From contig JBKKCR010000096.1 of NCBI GenBank assembly GCA_046712825.1, forward strand, positions 590 through 64,589: DNA of 64,000 nucleotides, in the 5' to 3' direction. Shown piece after piece: positions 1 through 9,562 of the stretch; within the stretch, counting starts at the first letter, position 1, and the number at the start of each line of letters is the position of its first letter. The notes beneath the pieces were generated by a model. That model was given only the letters and a program-made list of their open reading frames with translations. It ran no database searches and was not told where the DNA came from. The position numbers were made by a program, and so were the translations under genes. The stretch comes from Actinomycetota bacterium. Its GTDB lineage: Bacteria > Actinomycetota > AC-67.

Positions 1-359
1 TTATCCATTATTGGTAGAAAAAGGAGGTAATGAGCGGATTCCTCGTGGCTGCGCCGGATGCTGATTCCTATGAGACGACCCCGGGCGTTTAGGTACTTTT
101 GATCCGATCCTTAACTTTCGGCTGCACTTGGGAGGGATTCGGTTGCCCCGATGGCGAACAGGACTAGTCGCAAGCAAGCCGCCGTCGGTTCCGGATGAGT
201 CGGACCGCACGGGATGAGCGGAAGCGATACCGGTGCACGAGGCCCGGCGGTTAGCCCGGGGTGATCGTCGGAGGGAGGTGGTCGGCGGAGTCGTGCAGTC
301 CTCCGGATTCTCGTTCCGGAGCGGCGGTCGAACGTAGGACTCTCGAAGAATGGAGCGTG

Positions 360-914
360 ATGCCTGTGAGGCATGTAGGTAGGCGTAGCCTCGTACTCGT
401 AGCGATCCTTGCGACCTTTGCGCTGCTGCTGCCATTCGGACCCGCGTCGGCGCACTCGGGTACTGGCGTTTCAGCATTTACCGGCACCGCCGCCACGGGT
501 GCGATCTGGTCACCTTACTCCCTGGCCTGCCCCAAGGTGGGGGCCCTGTGTGACGACGGGCCCAATATCCCATGGTCGTTCACCTCGTCGTCGGACGTCG
601 TCGTTCACCCGGGCAGCCCGATCGGGGCCGGCTCCGCCAGGGTCTCCGGCAGCGGTACTCTAACGGGCTGGTGCGGCCGGTCGGTCGGAAAGGGAAGCGT
701 CACCCTAAAGAACCCGGCCTCGACGTTGCATACGTTCAACATCAACTGGCAGAGCGCCGGGACCTTCCTGATCCTCACCGACGTCTCGCCGCCGAGCCGG
801 CTTGTCTCTATCGTGAACGCGCGCGCTGCGGGCTCCTCGGGAACGAACGTCAAGTGCGTTACCAGCGCCGCCACGTCGTTCACAGTGGTCGGCGTGTCCG
901 CAGGATCAGGCTAG
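360..914 (+). CDS. Small secreted hypothetical protein (paralog family A, copy 1); signal peptide MPVRHVGRRSLVLVAILATFALLL
   Basis: ORF 261..914, start re-assigned to the internal ATG at 360 because a signal peptide follows it. Shares the motif LACPKVGxLCDDGPNIPWSFTSxxDVVVHPGSPxGAGSARVSGSGTLTGWC with ORF 1014..1586. Confidence 0.6.
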   Translation: MPVRHVGRRSLVLVAILATFALLLPFGPASAHSGTGVSAFTGTAATGAIWSPYSLACPKVGALCDDGPNIPWSFTSSSDVVVHPGSPIGAGSARVSGSGTLTGWCGRSVGKGSVTLKNPASTLHTFNINWQSAGTFLILTDVSPPSRLVSIVNARAAGSSGTNVKCVTSAATSFTVVGVSAGSG

Positions 915-930
915 CGCGAACACTTCCGGA

Positions 931-963
931 CCAACTGAGGTCGCCGTTGGCGACCTCAGTTGG
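931..963. terminator. Perfect 15-bp inverted repeat (ccaactgaggtcgcc / ggcgacctcagttgg, 3-nt loop) 17 nt after the stop of the upstream gene
   Basis: Read directly from the sequence; sits between the two tandem paralogs; no clear T-tract follows. Confidence 0.5.
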
Positions 964-1013
964 TTCCTAACCCCTTGGCTCCAGGGCGTGTGCTGTCTTG
1001 CAGAGGATGCTGA

Positions 1014-1586
1014 GTGAGGAGGCCAGGCATGTGGCGCCGAGCTGTGCTACCTGTTGTGACAATGCTGACCGTGCTCTTGCCGGGTGGGCAGGCATCTACA
1101 CACCCGGGTGGGCTCGTCACGATATCGAGTTCTACCGCCGCCACGGGCGACCTCTGGTCCGCCTTCTCCCTGGCTTGCCCCAAGGTGGGACAGCTATGTG
1201 ACGACGGGCCGAACATCCCCTGGTCGTTCACCTCGGCGACGGACGTCGTCGTTCACCCGGGTAGCCCGGCCGGGGCCGGCTCCGCCAGGGTCTCCGGGAG
1301 CGGTACTCTGACGGGGTGGTGTGATCACGCGGTGGGAACCGGGTTCGTGACGGTCCAGAACCCCATTGGTGTTTCACATACGTTCCAGGTCCGCCTACAG
1401 CTGCAGGGATCGCTCGTGGGGGAATACTCAATACGATGGGTCTTCACCGACGTCAGCGTGCCCAGCCGGCTCGCCATGACCATGAATGGGCGTACTGCTG
1501 GCAACTCCGGGACGCACGTCAAATGCGTTACCAGCCCCGCCACCTCCTACACCTTCACGGGCGTGGCGGCAGGGCTGGCCGGGTAG
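1014..1586 (+). CDS. Small secreted hypothetical protein (paralog family A, copy 2)
   Basis: ORF track. N-terminal signal peptide (alternative start ATG 1029). Long conserved block shared with 360..914. Confidence 0.6.
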   Translation: MRRPGMWRRAVLPVVTMLTVLLPGGQASTHPGGLVTISSSTAATGDLWSAFSLACPKVGQLCDDGPNIPWSFTSATDVVVHPGSPAGAGSARVSGSGTLTGWCDHAVGTGFVTVQNPIGVSHTFQVRLQLQGSLVGEYSIRWVFTDVSVPSRLAMTMNGRTAGNSGTHVKCVTSPATSYTFTGVAAGLAG

Positions 1587-1862
1587 CCAAACGGGATCCA
1601 GGGCGAAAGCGTGGCATTGAGGAGCAGGAGCTGATGTCCTCCAAGGCCCGCCCTTCCGGGGGGCATGGGCGACAAGTCAGCATGGCTCCGGACTGCCGCG
1701 GGAACCGAACGAAAGCAGGTCTCGCGACAAGATAGTGGCGTGCGCGAATCGGGGGAGCCTCCCGAAGGAACCCTCGGAAATGACCGCGACCCAGGAAATG
1801 CCGGGCGGGCGTCGTATGTGGTATGAGCGGGATATTTCGATGGTTCTCGGAGCCGGTGAGGC

Positions 1863-4544
1863 ATGAGAAAGCGACAATTCGGCTCGTCAGTTCTCCTAGT
1901 GGGGGTGCTCGTGGCCCTTCCGCTTGCAATTGCCCCCGCTGGGGCTGAGGCGACGAGGCCCCGTGAGGTAGGCAGGATGCAGTCCGTTTCCGGGGGCTCG
2001 CAAGCCGAAACCCTAGTGATCAACTCGCGGACCCGGCGCGCCTACCAGATCAGCAACACGAACCCCTCGTCCGTCTCAGCCTTCGACGTTCGAAACCCGG
2101 CCCGACCCAAACTCTTAGGGACCATCGAATATCCGGGCTTGCTCAGGGCCGACGGACCCCACCTCGTCGACGAGCAGCGGGGACAGATCTTCCTGCCCAT
2201 AGTGGGTCTCGGGGGAAGCAGCGCCGCCTCCCCGTTCGCTGGTATCGCCGTCCTCGACGAGGACGAATTCCGGCCAGGGAACGCGAACGCCTTCCGCACG
2301 CTAACGCCTCGGACGAACTCTGCCGTGTACGGGCTGCTGTCCCTGGTGGGAATGCGATTCGAGCCCACGGCCCGAAAGCTGCTGATGCTCTTCGACAGTA
2401 TCCCTCAGCAGGGGCCCGAACAGATTGTCAATGCCGCGGCCGACAACACGAGCGGTCGTCAGCCCCTTTATCTCAGTCCCCTTGTGCAGTGGGACGCGGA
2501 CACGGGCGAGGAGGATTGGTTCGTGCTGGAAGCTTGTCCATCAGCGGCGGCCCAGGCGAATCAGGAACGCTCCCCGGACTGGGGGACGAGCGGGCCCTGG
2601 GTAACGCCTTTCCTCAGCGGCGACGGCAAGACCGTCAATTTCATCTGCTTCAGCGGGAGCCAGAACGCACAGTTCGCGCAGCTAGAGCTCGGAAAGGACG
2701 GCCAACCGACGGGCAGCATCGAGCGATTCCTGGGACCGCCGTTCGTTCGCCGCGTCCTGGTGGATCCGGAGCGTGAACGGACACACTTAGTGATGGTTGA
2801 TAGTTACGCCGTTACCTTCGACTGGGCACGGCGCCGCCTGGTCGGGACGGTCGCGCTGTCACCCCAGCAAGAACTCGGATGGCGTACGCCCGTCGGCATC
2901 GACCCCGCGTCGGGTCGCTGGTACGCGCTCATCCCCAAAGGATCCGCAACCCTGCACGGGCAACAATTGCTCGACCCGGGCGGCCTGCTGATGGTGGACG
3001 GGCGGCGCACCCCCCTGTCGCAGGCACTCGCGTTCCCGGAGTTCGCAGCTCCCACAATAAACTACGCCCCGCGAATCAACGTCTTGCCCGACCCGGAACG
3101 AGGACGGCGTTACGTCTTCGTCCGTCCGATGCAACCCGACGGAATCACAGTAGAGACCTTCTGGCGCATCATCGAAGACTCAGTACCAGTGACACAGGAC
3201 CCCCCACTGGGCGAACTGGACCGCACCGTAGACACCAACGAAGTCGAGGGTAAGACGGATCGAAGTTACGCAGGGCAGGCAACCGCCTATGGGTGGCGCG
3301 CGCTGCTCGTGTCCTTCGGGGTGGGCGTTGAGGAAGTCCTTGGGCCATGCCCCGCCGCGAACCGTGAGATCGTTGCGGCATCGGTGCAGAGCGCAAGCCT
3401 CTCAAGCATCGTCGCCGCGGCACGGGCGTTCCCCACAGATGCCGATCAGCGGACCCGCGAAGACTTGGGCGATGCTACCCGGTGTTGGCCTGCGGGCTTC
3501 CCGGACTTCAGAACTCCCGACCCCCCGGAAGCCCTTAGAGGCTTCGGGCCTGGGTGGGGACAGAGATCCGGGTACGTTCAAGGTGACCTGGACCCCGTTC
3601 TGGCTGCCGAGTGTGTGGGCGACGGAAACGGGGAGGGCCACGATCCGCGAGTGAGTGGCTCGGGAGCACACTCCGATTGCAGCCAGAAGGAGGAGAAGCT
3701 CGAGGCATGGGCCAACTACCCGGCTGTTCAGTTCGGATCGATTTCCGTCGGAAGGGCTTATTCGGCGACCAGGATGCACCGTGACCCGAAGTTGGGCGTG
3801 GTCGTGGAGACTCGTGCTCTGACTGAAGGTGTCGAGATCGCAGGGATTGGGTCGATCGAGGCAGTCCGTTCCTACGCCTACGCGCGGGCCAACGGCCGCA
3901 AGCCGCGTCCAGGGGATCCCGTTCGGGCCACTTGGGAGGTCGAATTCTGCGGCGTGCGAACCGGGGATTTCCAGCAGCAGGGCTGCGAGTTCCCAGACGC
4001 TGCACTTGCTGCGCTGAACGAAGCAGGCCGCGGGCAAGTCCTCTTCGTGCGACCGTCCCCCGACCCAAATCTGCGCCAGGGATCCCCCGGCGGCTTCGTT
4101 GCAGGCATCCAGCGGGACGAAGGCGACGCCCAGATCGCTTCGCTCGAGAACAACGATTCGCACCCAGCCGTGCCGGGCCTTGAGGTGCAGCTCCGGAACG
4201 ACGACAATAACGGTACACACCGCACGATCGTTCAGCTCGCCGGCGTGCAGGCGGTCGCAGCCTACGGCATCTCGTTGATCCCCGAGGATCGGCCCTTCGA
4301 TGACATCCCCGGGCCCGGCGGCATCATCCCACCCATCCCGGTGCCCCCCGTCGCGCCGTCTATTATCAACGAGCCGCCGAATCTGCCCGGCCCGGCCGAT
4401 GACATCGTCCGCGTGGTGAAGAAAGGGCTCGAGGTGTTCCTGCGGGCTTCCGTCGACGCGCTCGTGGCCGCGGGCATCTGGTCGATCTTCGCCACACCCG
4501 TATATCTCGTCGTGCGCAGGCGGCGCCTGCGCTTCGCCGGATGA
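1863..4544 (+). CDS. Large (893 aa) secreted protein with repeated LVxxD/YVTN-like beta-propeller-type segments, a Pro-rich stalk and a C-terminal hydrophobic anchor plus RRRR tail
   Basis: ORF track. Signal peptide MRKRQFGSSVLLVGVLVALPLAIAPAGAEA; C-terminus ...AAGIWSIFATPVYLVVRRRRLRFAG; stop overlaps the next start (ATGA at 4541-4544). Confidence 0.6.
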   Translation: MRKRQFGSSVLLVGVLVALPLAIAPAGAEATRPREVGRMQSVSGGSQAETLVINSRTRRAYQISNTNPSSVSAFDVRNPARPKLLGTIEYPGLLRADGPHLVDEQRGQIFLPIVGLGGSSAASPFAGIAVLDEDEFRPGNANAFRTLTPRTNSAVYGLLSLVGMRFEPTARKLLMLFDSIPQQGPEQIVNAAADNTSGRQPLYLSPLVQWDADTGEEDWFVLEACPSAAAQANQERSPDWGTSGPWVTPFLSGDGKTVNFICFSGSQNAQFAQLELGKDGQPTGSIERFLGPPFVRRVLVDPERERTHLVMVDSYAVTFDWARRRLVGTVALSPQQELGWRTPVGIDPASGRWYALIPKGSATLHGQQLLDPGGLLMVDGRRTPLSQALAFPEFAAPTINYAPRINVLPDPERGRRYVFVRPMQPDGITVETFWRIIEDSVPVTQDPPLGELDRTVDTNEVEGKTDRSYAGQATAYGWRALLVSFGVGVEEVLGPCPAANREIVAASVQSASLSSIVAAARAFPTDADQRTREDLGDATRCWPAGFPDFRTPDPPEALRGFGPGWGQRSGYVQGDLDPVLAAECVGDGNGEGHDPRVSGSGAHSDCSQKEEKLEAWANYPAVQFGSISVGRAYSATRMHRDPKLGVVVETRALTEGVEIAGIGSIEAVRSYAYARANGRKPRPGDPVRATWEVEFCGVRTGDFQQQGCEFPDAALAALNEAGRGQVLFVRPSPDPNLRQGSPGGFVAGIQRDEGDAQIASLENNDSHPAVPGLEVQLRNDDNNGTHRTIVQLAGVQAVAAYGISLIPEDRPFDDIPGPGGIIPPIPVPPVAPSIINEPPNLPGPADDIVRVVKKGLEVFLRASVDALVAAGIWSIFATPVYLVVRRRRLRFAG

Positions 4545-5944
4545 GCCGACTCCAGCGTTCCCCGCTCGGCACCGCGCTCATCCTGCTGGCGGTCGTGGTC
4601 GTGCTGAGCACCGTCGGCGTATCACTCCCGAGCGAGCGGGTTATTCGCACCGGCGGGCCGTCCGCCGCGCCGACCGGACCGGGGCAGCCATCGATCGACC
4701 CCACGACCGGCAAGACGATCGTTCCCACTCCCGGGGCCCGTCAGACGGTCATCGGCCGGGGCGGGCAGGTGCTGCAATGCGCCGCCGGCCGGAACGGCGG
4801 CGCGACGGCCGTCGGCGTCACGGCAACCGAGATCAAGCTCGCATCCACCGTGGTGCTCTCGGGCCCGGGGGCGACCTTCCTCTCGGGCTCGGTCACCGGT
4901 ATGCAGGCGGTGATCAACAAGGTCAACCGGCAGGGAGGGATCTGCGGGCGAAGGCTCGCGCTCACCGTGCGGGACGACGGATGGGACAAGAACCGCGGAC
5001 GCATCTTCCTCCAGAACTTCATCGAGGGCGGCTACTTCGCGCTTCCCGTCGTGCCGTCGTCGGAGGGGCTCACGGCAGCCATCGAGGCCGGAGACATCTC
5101 TCGGGCGCGCATCCCGGTCGTCGGCACCGACGGGATGCTGATCGAGCAGTACCGCGACCCATGGGTCTGGCCGGTCGCGTCGGCCACCATCTCGACCATG
5201 CGCATCATGGCGAAGTACGGCTACGGAAAAGGGGCACGGACTTTCGGCATCGTCTACGACAACCGGTACCGCTTCGGGAAGGAAGGCGCCGACGCGTTCC
5301 GCTCCTACGTCTCCAAGCTGTCCGGCGCTCAGGTGAAAGCGTTCGTCGGGATCGAGCCGGCGCAAGGCTCCTACGGCAGCGAGATCGATCGGTTCAACGG
5401 TATCTGCAATCCGTGCGACATGGTGGCGTATCTGCTCGAGCCCGGGACGGCAGAGACCTGGATGAACGGTCGCCCGAACCGCGGGTCGATCCTCACCAGC
5501 GGCGCACAGACGCTGTTCAATCGACGCTTCGCGTCGAACTGCCACAAGACCTGCCAGAGCATGCTGGTGTGGACGGGCTACACGCCGCCGATCGACGCCC
5601 TGGCTTCGATGCCCGACGTCGCCGAGTTCGTCGACGACGTGAAGGCCGTCGACCGCAGCGCCGACGTCGAGAACGCGTTCCTCGAGGGCGCCTACCTTGG
5701 GATGTCGGTGTTCGTGGAAGCGCTGCGCCGCGTCGGGCCGAACCTCACCCGAGAGGCGCTGCGAGCGGTCCTCAACGATATGACATATCCCACCCAGCTC
5801 GCGTCGTCTCTGTCATGGAAGGGCGGACGCCGCCACGCGAACATCCGCGCTCAGGCCTTTTCGCTCCAATACGCGGGCGAGCAATTCTCGGGCTTCCGGA
5901 ACGAGCAGACCGGCTGGATAACGGACCCGTCGTTCGGGGGCTGA
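4541..5944 (+). CDS. ABC transporter substrate-binding protein, LivK/Peripla_BP_6 family, N-terminally membrane anchored
   Basis: GVTATEIKLAS...LSGPGA...INKVNRQGGICGRRLALTVRDDGWD matches the branched-chain/amide-type binding-protein signature; followed by LivHMGF-like genes. Confidence 0.75.
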   Translation: MSRLQRSPLGTALILLAVVVVLSTVGVSLPSERVIRTGGPSAAPTGPGQPSIDPTTGKTIVPTPGARQTVIGRGGQVLQCAAGRNGGATAVGVTATEIKLASTVVLSGPGATFLSGSVTGMQAVINKVNRQGGICGRRLALTVRDDGWDKNRGRIFLQNFIEGGYFALPVVPSSEGLTAAIEAGDISRARIPVVGTDGMLIEQYRDPWVWPVASATISTMRIMAKYGYGKGARTFGIVYDNRYRFGKEGADAFRSYVSKLSGAQVKAFVGIEPAQGSYGSEIDRFNGICNPCDMVAYLLEPGTAETWMNGRPNRGSILTSGAQTLFNRRFASNCHKTCQSMLVWTGYTPPIDALASMPDVAEFVDDVKAVDRSADVENAFLEGAYLGMSVFVEALRRVGPNLTREALRAVLNDMTYPTQLASSLSWKGGRRHANIRAQAFSLQYAGEQFSGFRNEQTGWITDPSFGG

Positions 5945-5948
5945 GGCT

Positions 5949-6830
5949 TTGGAGACGCTGTTCGTCATCGTGCTGCTGTCCCTGCCCAAGATCGGCGCGA
6001 TCGCGATCTTCGCCATCGGCATCGTGCTGATGTACCGGGCCTCCCGCATCCTCAACCTCGCACACGGAGCGATGGCGATGGTGCCGGCGTACGTCGTCTA
6101 CTCCCTCGTGCAGGCGAGCGTTCCTACTCCGCTTGCGATCCTGATCGGCATCGCAGCCGGAGCGGTCCTCGGCGTCGCAGTGCAGCGTGTGTTCATCCGG
6201 CGGCTGCAGAACGAGACGGCCTCCGTCCAGACGGTCGCGACCGTGGCCGCGCTCGGACTCCTGGTGGCTGTGGCCGCCAAGGTTTGGGGCACTGCCTCGC
6301 TTCCTGCCGTGCGTGTGTTCCCCGACGCGTTCTTCTCGGTCGGCAACTCGGGGGTCCGCGCCGGGGAGATCGGCCTGTTCGTTGTCATGGTCGTTCTGAC
6401 CGTCGCGCTTCTCGTGCTGTTCCGAAAAACCGACATCGGGCTCCACCTGCGGGGCGCGGCCGAGAACCGGCGGGCGGCGGCGCTCATGGGCGTAGATCCC
6501 GACCGAATGACCGATCTGGCGTGGGCTATCGGCGGCGGCCTTGCGGCGCTGGCCGGCGTCCTGCTCGCGAGCGTCACCAACCTTCATCCCTACACGCTGA
6601 CGCTCCAGGCTCTGCCGGCCTTCGTGGCCGCGCTGCTCGGAGGACTCGGCAGCATCGAGGGCGCGGTAGCGGGCGCAGCCGTGGTAGGACTCACCCAGGG
6701 CGCCGTGCCCTACCTGCCGCTCGGCGAGTCCGAAGGCGCGCCCCAGTTGTTCCTCGCCGTGATCGCGCTGCTGGCGATGGCCGCGCGCGGCCAGAAACTC
6801 GTCGGAACGGATGTGCGGGGTGGGATCTAA
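5949..6830 (+). CDS. ABC permease, LivH-like
   Basis: Polytopic; N-terminus IAIFAIGIVLMYRASRILNLAHGAMAMVPAY is typical LivH; TTG start per the track. Confidence 0.8.
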   Translation: METLFVIVLLSLPKIGAIAIFAIGIVLMYRASRILNLAHGAMAMVPAYVVYSLVQASVPTPLAILIGIAAGAVLGVAVQRVFIRRLQNETASVQTVATVAALGLLVAVAAKVWGTASLPAVRVFPDAFFSVGNSGVRAGEIGLFVVMVVLTVALLVLFRKTDIGLHLRGAAENRRAAALMGVDPDRMTDLAWAIGGGLAALAGVLLASVTNLHPYTLTLQALPAFVAALLGGLGSIEGAVAGAAVVGLTQGAVPYLPLGESEGAPQLFLAVIALLAMAARGQKLVGTDVRGGI

Positions 6831-8819
6831 GTGGTGAGCGCCGCCGTCGCGAGCGTTGGTCGTGTCGTGGGCGGAGGTGTTCGACGCCTCGGTCGGGGCG
6901 CGCGGCGCCTGGTCGCGCCCTCGTTCCTCGCACGAGTGGCGCTGCTTGGTGTGGTCCTCGCGTTTCCCATCCTGCCCTTCGTCCCGTTCTCGGTAGTCGG
7001 CAGTGCCAACCTCGGGGCGTCCTACGCGCTCGTCGCCATCGCGCTGGTCATGCTCACCGGCTGGGTCGGCCAGATCTCCCTCGGCCATGCGGCCTTCGTT
7101 GGAGTCGGCGCCTATGCAACCGGCTGGGCATCGTCGGCGCTGAATATCCCCTTCCCCGTGAGCGCGCCGGTCGCCGGCATCGCCGGCGGCGCGGTCGCGC
7201 TCGTGCTGGGCGCCGTCGCGCTTCGCGTTCGCGGACTCTACCTGGCGGTCGCGACGCTCATCTTCTCGTGGATGGCCGACTCCTTCCTCTTCCGCCAGGA
7301 CTGGATCACCGACTACTCGACCCTCCCCAGCCGGCACGTCGGAAACCCCGGCGATCTGCCCTCCTTCGACCTAACCAACCGACGCACGATCTATTACCTC
7401 GTGTGGGTGCTCGTCGCGCTCGGCCTCGTCGTCGCCGCGAACGTGCGCGACTCCAAGAGTGGACGGGCGTTCTTCGCCATCCGCGGATCTGAGGTGGCAG
7501 CCGCCTCGCTCGGGATCGACGTCACGCGTTACAAGCTCCTCGCGTTCGGCGTCTCCGGCTTCCTCGCCGGGGTCGCCGGTTCGATCATCATGGGGGACGC
7601 CCGCGTGGTCAGCCCCGACCAGTTCAGCTTCAATGCGTCCCTGTTCTACCTCGCCATCGCTGTGGTCGGCGGCATCCGCAGCCTGCCCGGCGCCATCGTG
7701 TCCGCCCTCGTCTTCGCAAGCCTGAACGAGGTCTTCTTCCGAGTCGAGGCGCTCGGTGGCTACCTCGAGGTCGTCTCCGCCAGCCTGCTCGTCGTGGTTC
7801 TGCTGGTCCACCGCGGGGGCCTGGCCGCGCTCGCCACCGAAGGCGCCACCAGCCTGCGGCATCTGGTTTTTGGACGCCGACGCGCCGCGGGAGCGGGGGA
7901 AGCACCCCTGGAGCTGGTGTCGCTGCCCGTCTCGCTGGTCGCCTCGATCAATGGGCCGGAGTCGCCCCCGAAGCAGCCGGCCCGCGTCGGAAAGAAGAAA
8001 CGCGCGCCCGAGCCGGAGCGTCCTGCTCGCGAGGAGAGTCCGGCCATCATGCAGACGCAAAGCGTCACCGTGCAGTTCGGTGGGCTCACTGCCGTGAGCG
8101 ACGTCTCGCTTTCGGTGCGCGAAGGCGAGATCGTCGGGCTCATCGGCCCGAACGGGGCCGGCAAGACCGTCACGTTCAACTCCATCGCCGGCCTCGTCGT
8201 TCCGACGTCGGGGCGCGTCTTCCTCTTCGGCCAGGACGTCACCAACGCGGCGGTGCACGAGCGGGCGCGGATGGGCGTCGCTCGCACCTTCCAGGCGATC
8301 CAGCTCTTTCCTCAGCTCACCGTGTTCGAGAATCTGCTCGTCGCCACCCACGTGCACAACCCCACCGGATTCGTCAGCCATCTCCTCGTGACCGAACGCT
8401 CGGTAGCGCAGGAGCAACGCCACCGCCAACGCGTCCGGGAGGTGATGGCGCGCATGGGGCTGGAGGCCGTCGCCGACCGGCACGTGATCGATCTGCCCTT
8501 CGGCGTGCTTCGGATGGTCGAGGTGGCGCGAGCGCTCGTCACCGACTTCCGGTTCATCATGCTCGACGAGCCCGCCTCCGGCCTTGACAACCGCGAAACC
8601 GACGCGCTCGTCGCCGTACTGCGCGGCCTCCACGCAGACGGCATCACGCTGCTGCTGATCGAGCACGATGTGAAGATGGTCACCTCGGTGTGCGACTTCA
8701 TCTATGTGCTCGATCGCGGTCAGCTCATCGCCGAGGGCACGGCCGAGACGATCGCGCGCAACCCGCACGTGATCGAGGCCTACATCGGCCGTGCGCTCGA
8801 AGAGGAGCCGGTGGCATGA
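6831..8819 (+). CDS. Fused LivM-like permease plus LivG-like ATPase (662 aa) joined by a ~70-aa Pro/Lys/Arg-rich linker
   Basis: Continuous frame with no stop; permease part (LGASYALVAIALVMLTGWVGQISLGHAAFVGVGAYA); ATPase part begins at the internal ATG 8049 (MQTQSVTVQFGGLTAVSDVSLSVREGEIVGLIGPNGAGKT; Walker A). Confidence 0.7.
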   Translation: MVSAAVASVGRVVGGGVRRLGRGARRLVAPSFLARVALLGVVLAFPILPFVPFSVVGSANLGASYALVAIALVMLTGWVGQISLGHAAFVGVGAYATGWASSALNIPFPVSAPVAGIAGGAVALVLGAVALRVRGLYLAVATLIFSWMADSFLFRQDWITDYSTLPSRHVGNPGDLPSFDLTNRRTIYYLVWVLVALGLVVAANVRDSKSGRAFFAIRGSEVAAASLGIDVTRYKLLAFGVSGFLAGVAGSIIMGDARVVSPDQFSFNASLFYLAIAVVGGIRSLPGAIVSALVFASLNEVFFRVEALGGYLEVVSASLLVVVLLVHRGGLAALATEGATSLRHLVFGRRRAAGAGEAPLELVSLPVSLVASINGPESPPKQPARVGKKKRAPEPERPAREESPAIMQTQSVTVQFGGLTAVSDVSLSVREGEIVGLIGPNGAGKTVTFNSIAGLVVPTSGRVFLFGQDVTNAAVHERARMGVARTFQAIQLFPQLTVFENLLVATHVHNPTGFVSHLLVTERSVAQEQRHRQRVREVMARMGLEAVADRHVIDLPFGVLRMVEVARALVTDFRFIMLDEPASGLDNRETDALVAVLRGLHADGITLLLIEHDVKMVTSVCDFIYVLDRGQLIAEGTAETIARNPHVIEAYIGRALEEEPVA

Positions 8820-9562
8820 CCGCGCTGCTCGAAGTGGATGGCATCGACGTGTTCTACGGCTCGGTGCAGGCCCTTCGGGGCGTCTCGATCCGGGTGGAGG
8901 AACGCGAGCGCGTCGCGTTGCTCGGCGCCAACGGAGCCGGCAAGACCACGACGCTACGAACGATCTCCGGAATGGTCGGACCCGGCAGCGGCTCGATCCG
9001 TTTCGCCGGGGAGGACATCGCGGGCCTCCAGGCGCACCAGGTGATCACGCGCGGGCTCGCACATCTCCCGGAAGGACGTGAGCTGTTCCCGTCGCTCACC
9101 GTCGAGGAGAACCTCCGCTACGGCTACTACACGAAGCGCAAGGACCGCTCCGGCTACGCACGGCAGCGCGACCGCGTGATGGACTTCTTCCCGAAGCTCC
9201 GGGAGCGGCGCGACCAGGCCGCGTCGACGATGTCGGGCGGGGAGCAGCAGATGGTCGCCGTGGCCCGCTCACTCATGTCGTCGCCGCGGCTGCTGTGCGT
9301 CGACGAGCTGTCGCTCGGCCTCGCGCCGATCATCGTCGAGCAGCTCTACGGGATCCTGGGCGAGGTGAACCGCGAGGGCACGGCGCTCATCATCGTGGAG
9401 CAGTTCGTGCACATGGCGCTCGCGAACACCGACCGGGCCTACGTGCTGGCCAAGGGCGGGATCGTCATGGAGGATCGCTCGGAAGCGCTTGCTGGCAGCC
9501 CGGAGCTGGTGGCCTCCTATCTCGGCGAGGCGGCGGCCATGGAGAGGGCCCCCCGCAAGTGA
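8816..9562 (+). CDS. ABC ATPase, LivF-like
   Basis: MTALLEVDGIDVFYGSVQALRGVSIRVEERERVALLGANGAGKTT; ATGA overlap with the upstream gene; internal start chosen within ORF 8690..9562. Confidence 0.8.
   Translation: MTALLEVDGIDVFYGSVQALRGVSIRVEERERVALLGANGAGKTTTLRTISGMVGPGSGSIRFAGEDIAGLQAHQVITRGLAHLPEGRELFPSLTVEENLRYGYYTKRKDRSGYARQRDRVMDFFPKLRERRDQAASTMSGGEQQMVAVARSLMSSPRLLCVDELSLGLAPIIVEQLYGILGEVNREGTALIIVEQFVHMALANTDRAYVLAKGGIVMEDRSEALAGSPELVASYLGEAAAMERAPRK

Noticed and set aside
100-360. Possible c-di-AMP (ydaO-type) riboswitch in the leader of the first secreted-protein gene
   Set aside because: Only loose resemblance (cccggggtgatcg versus GGGGUGAAUC); cannot be supported without a covariance-model scan.
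1-477. Minus-strand ORFs 1..477, 111..455, 251..496 and many similar Arg/Pro/Ser-rich ORFs throughout the track
   Set aside because: Composition typical of off-frame or antisense translation of high-GC coding DNA; they overlap better-supported genes or lack codon bias.
9295-9558. 5' part of ORF 9295..10113
   Set aside because: Lies inside livF in another frame; the lipoprotein signal peptide begins at GTG 9559, which overlaps the livF stop.
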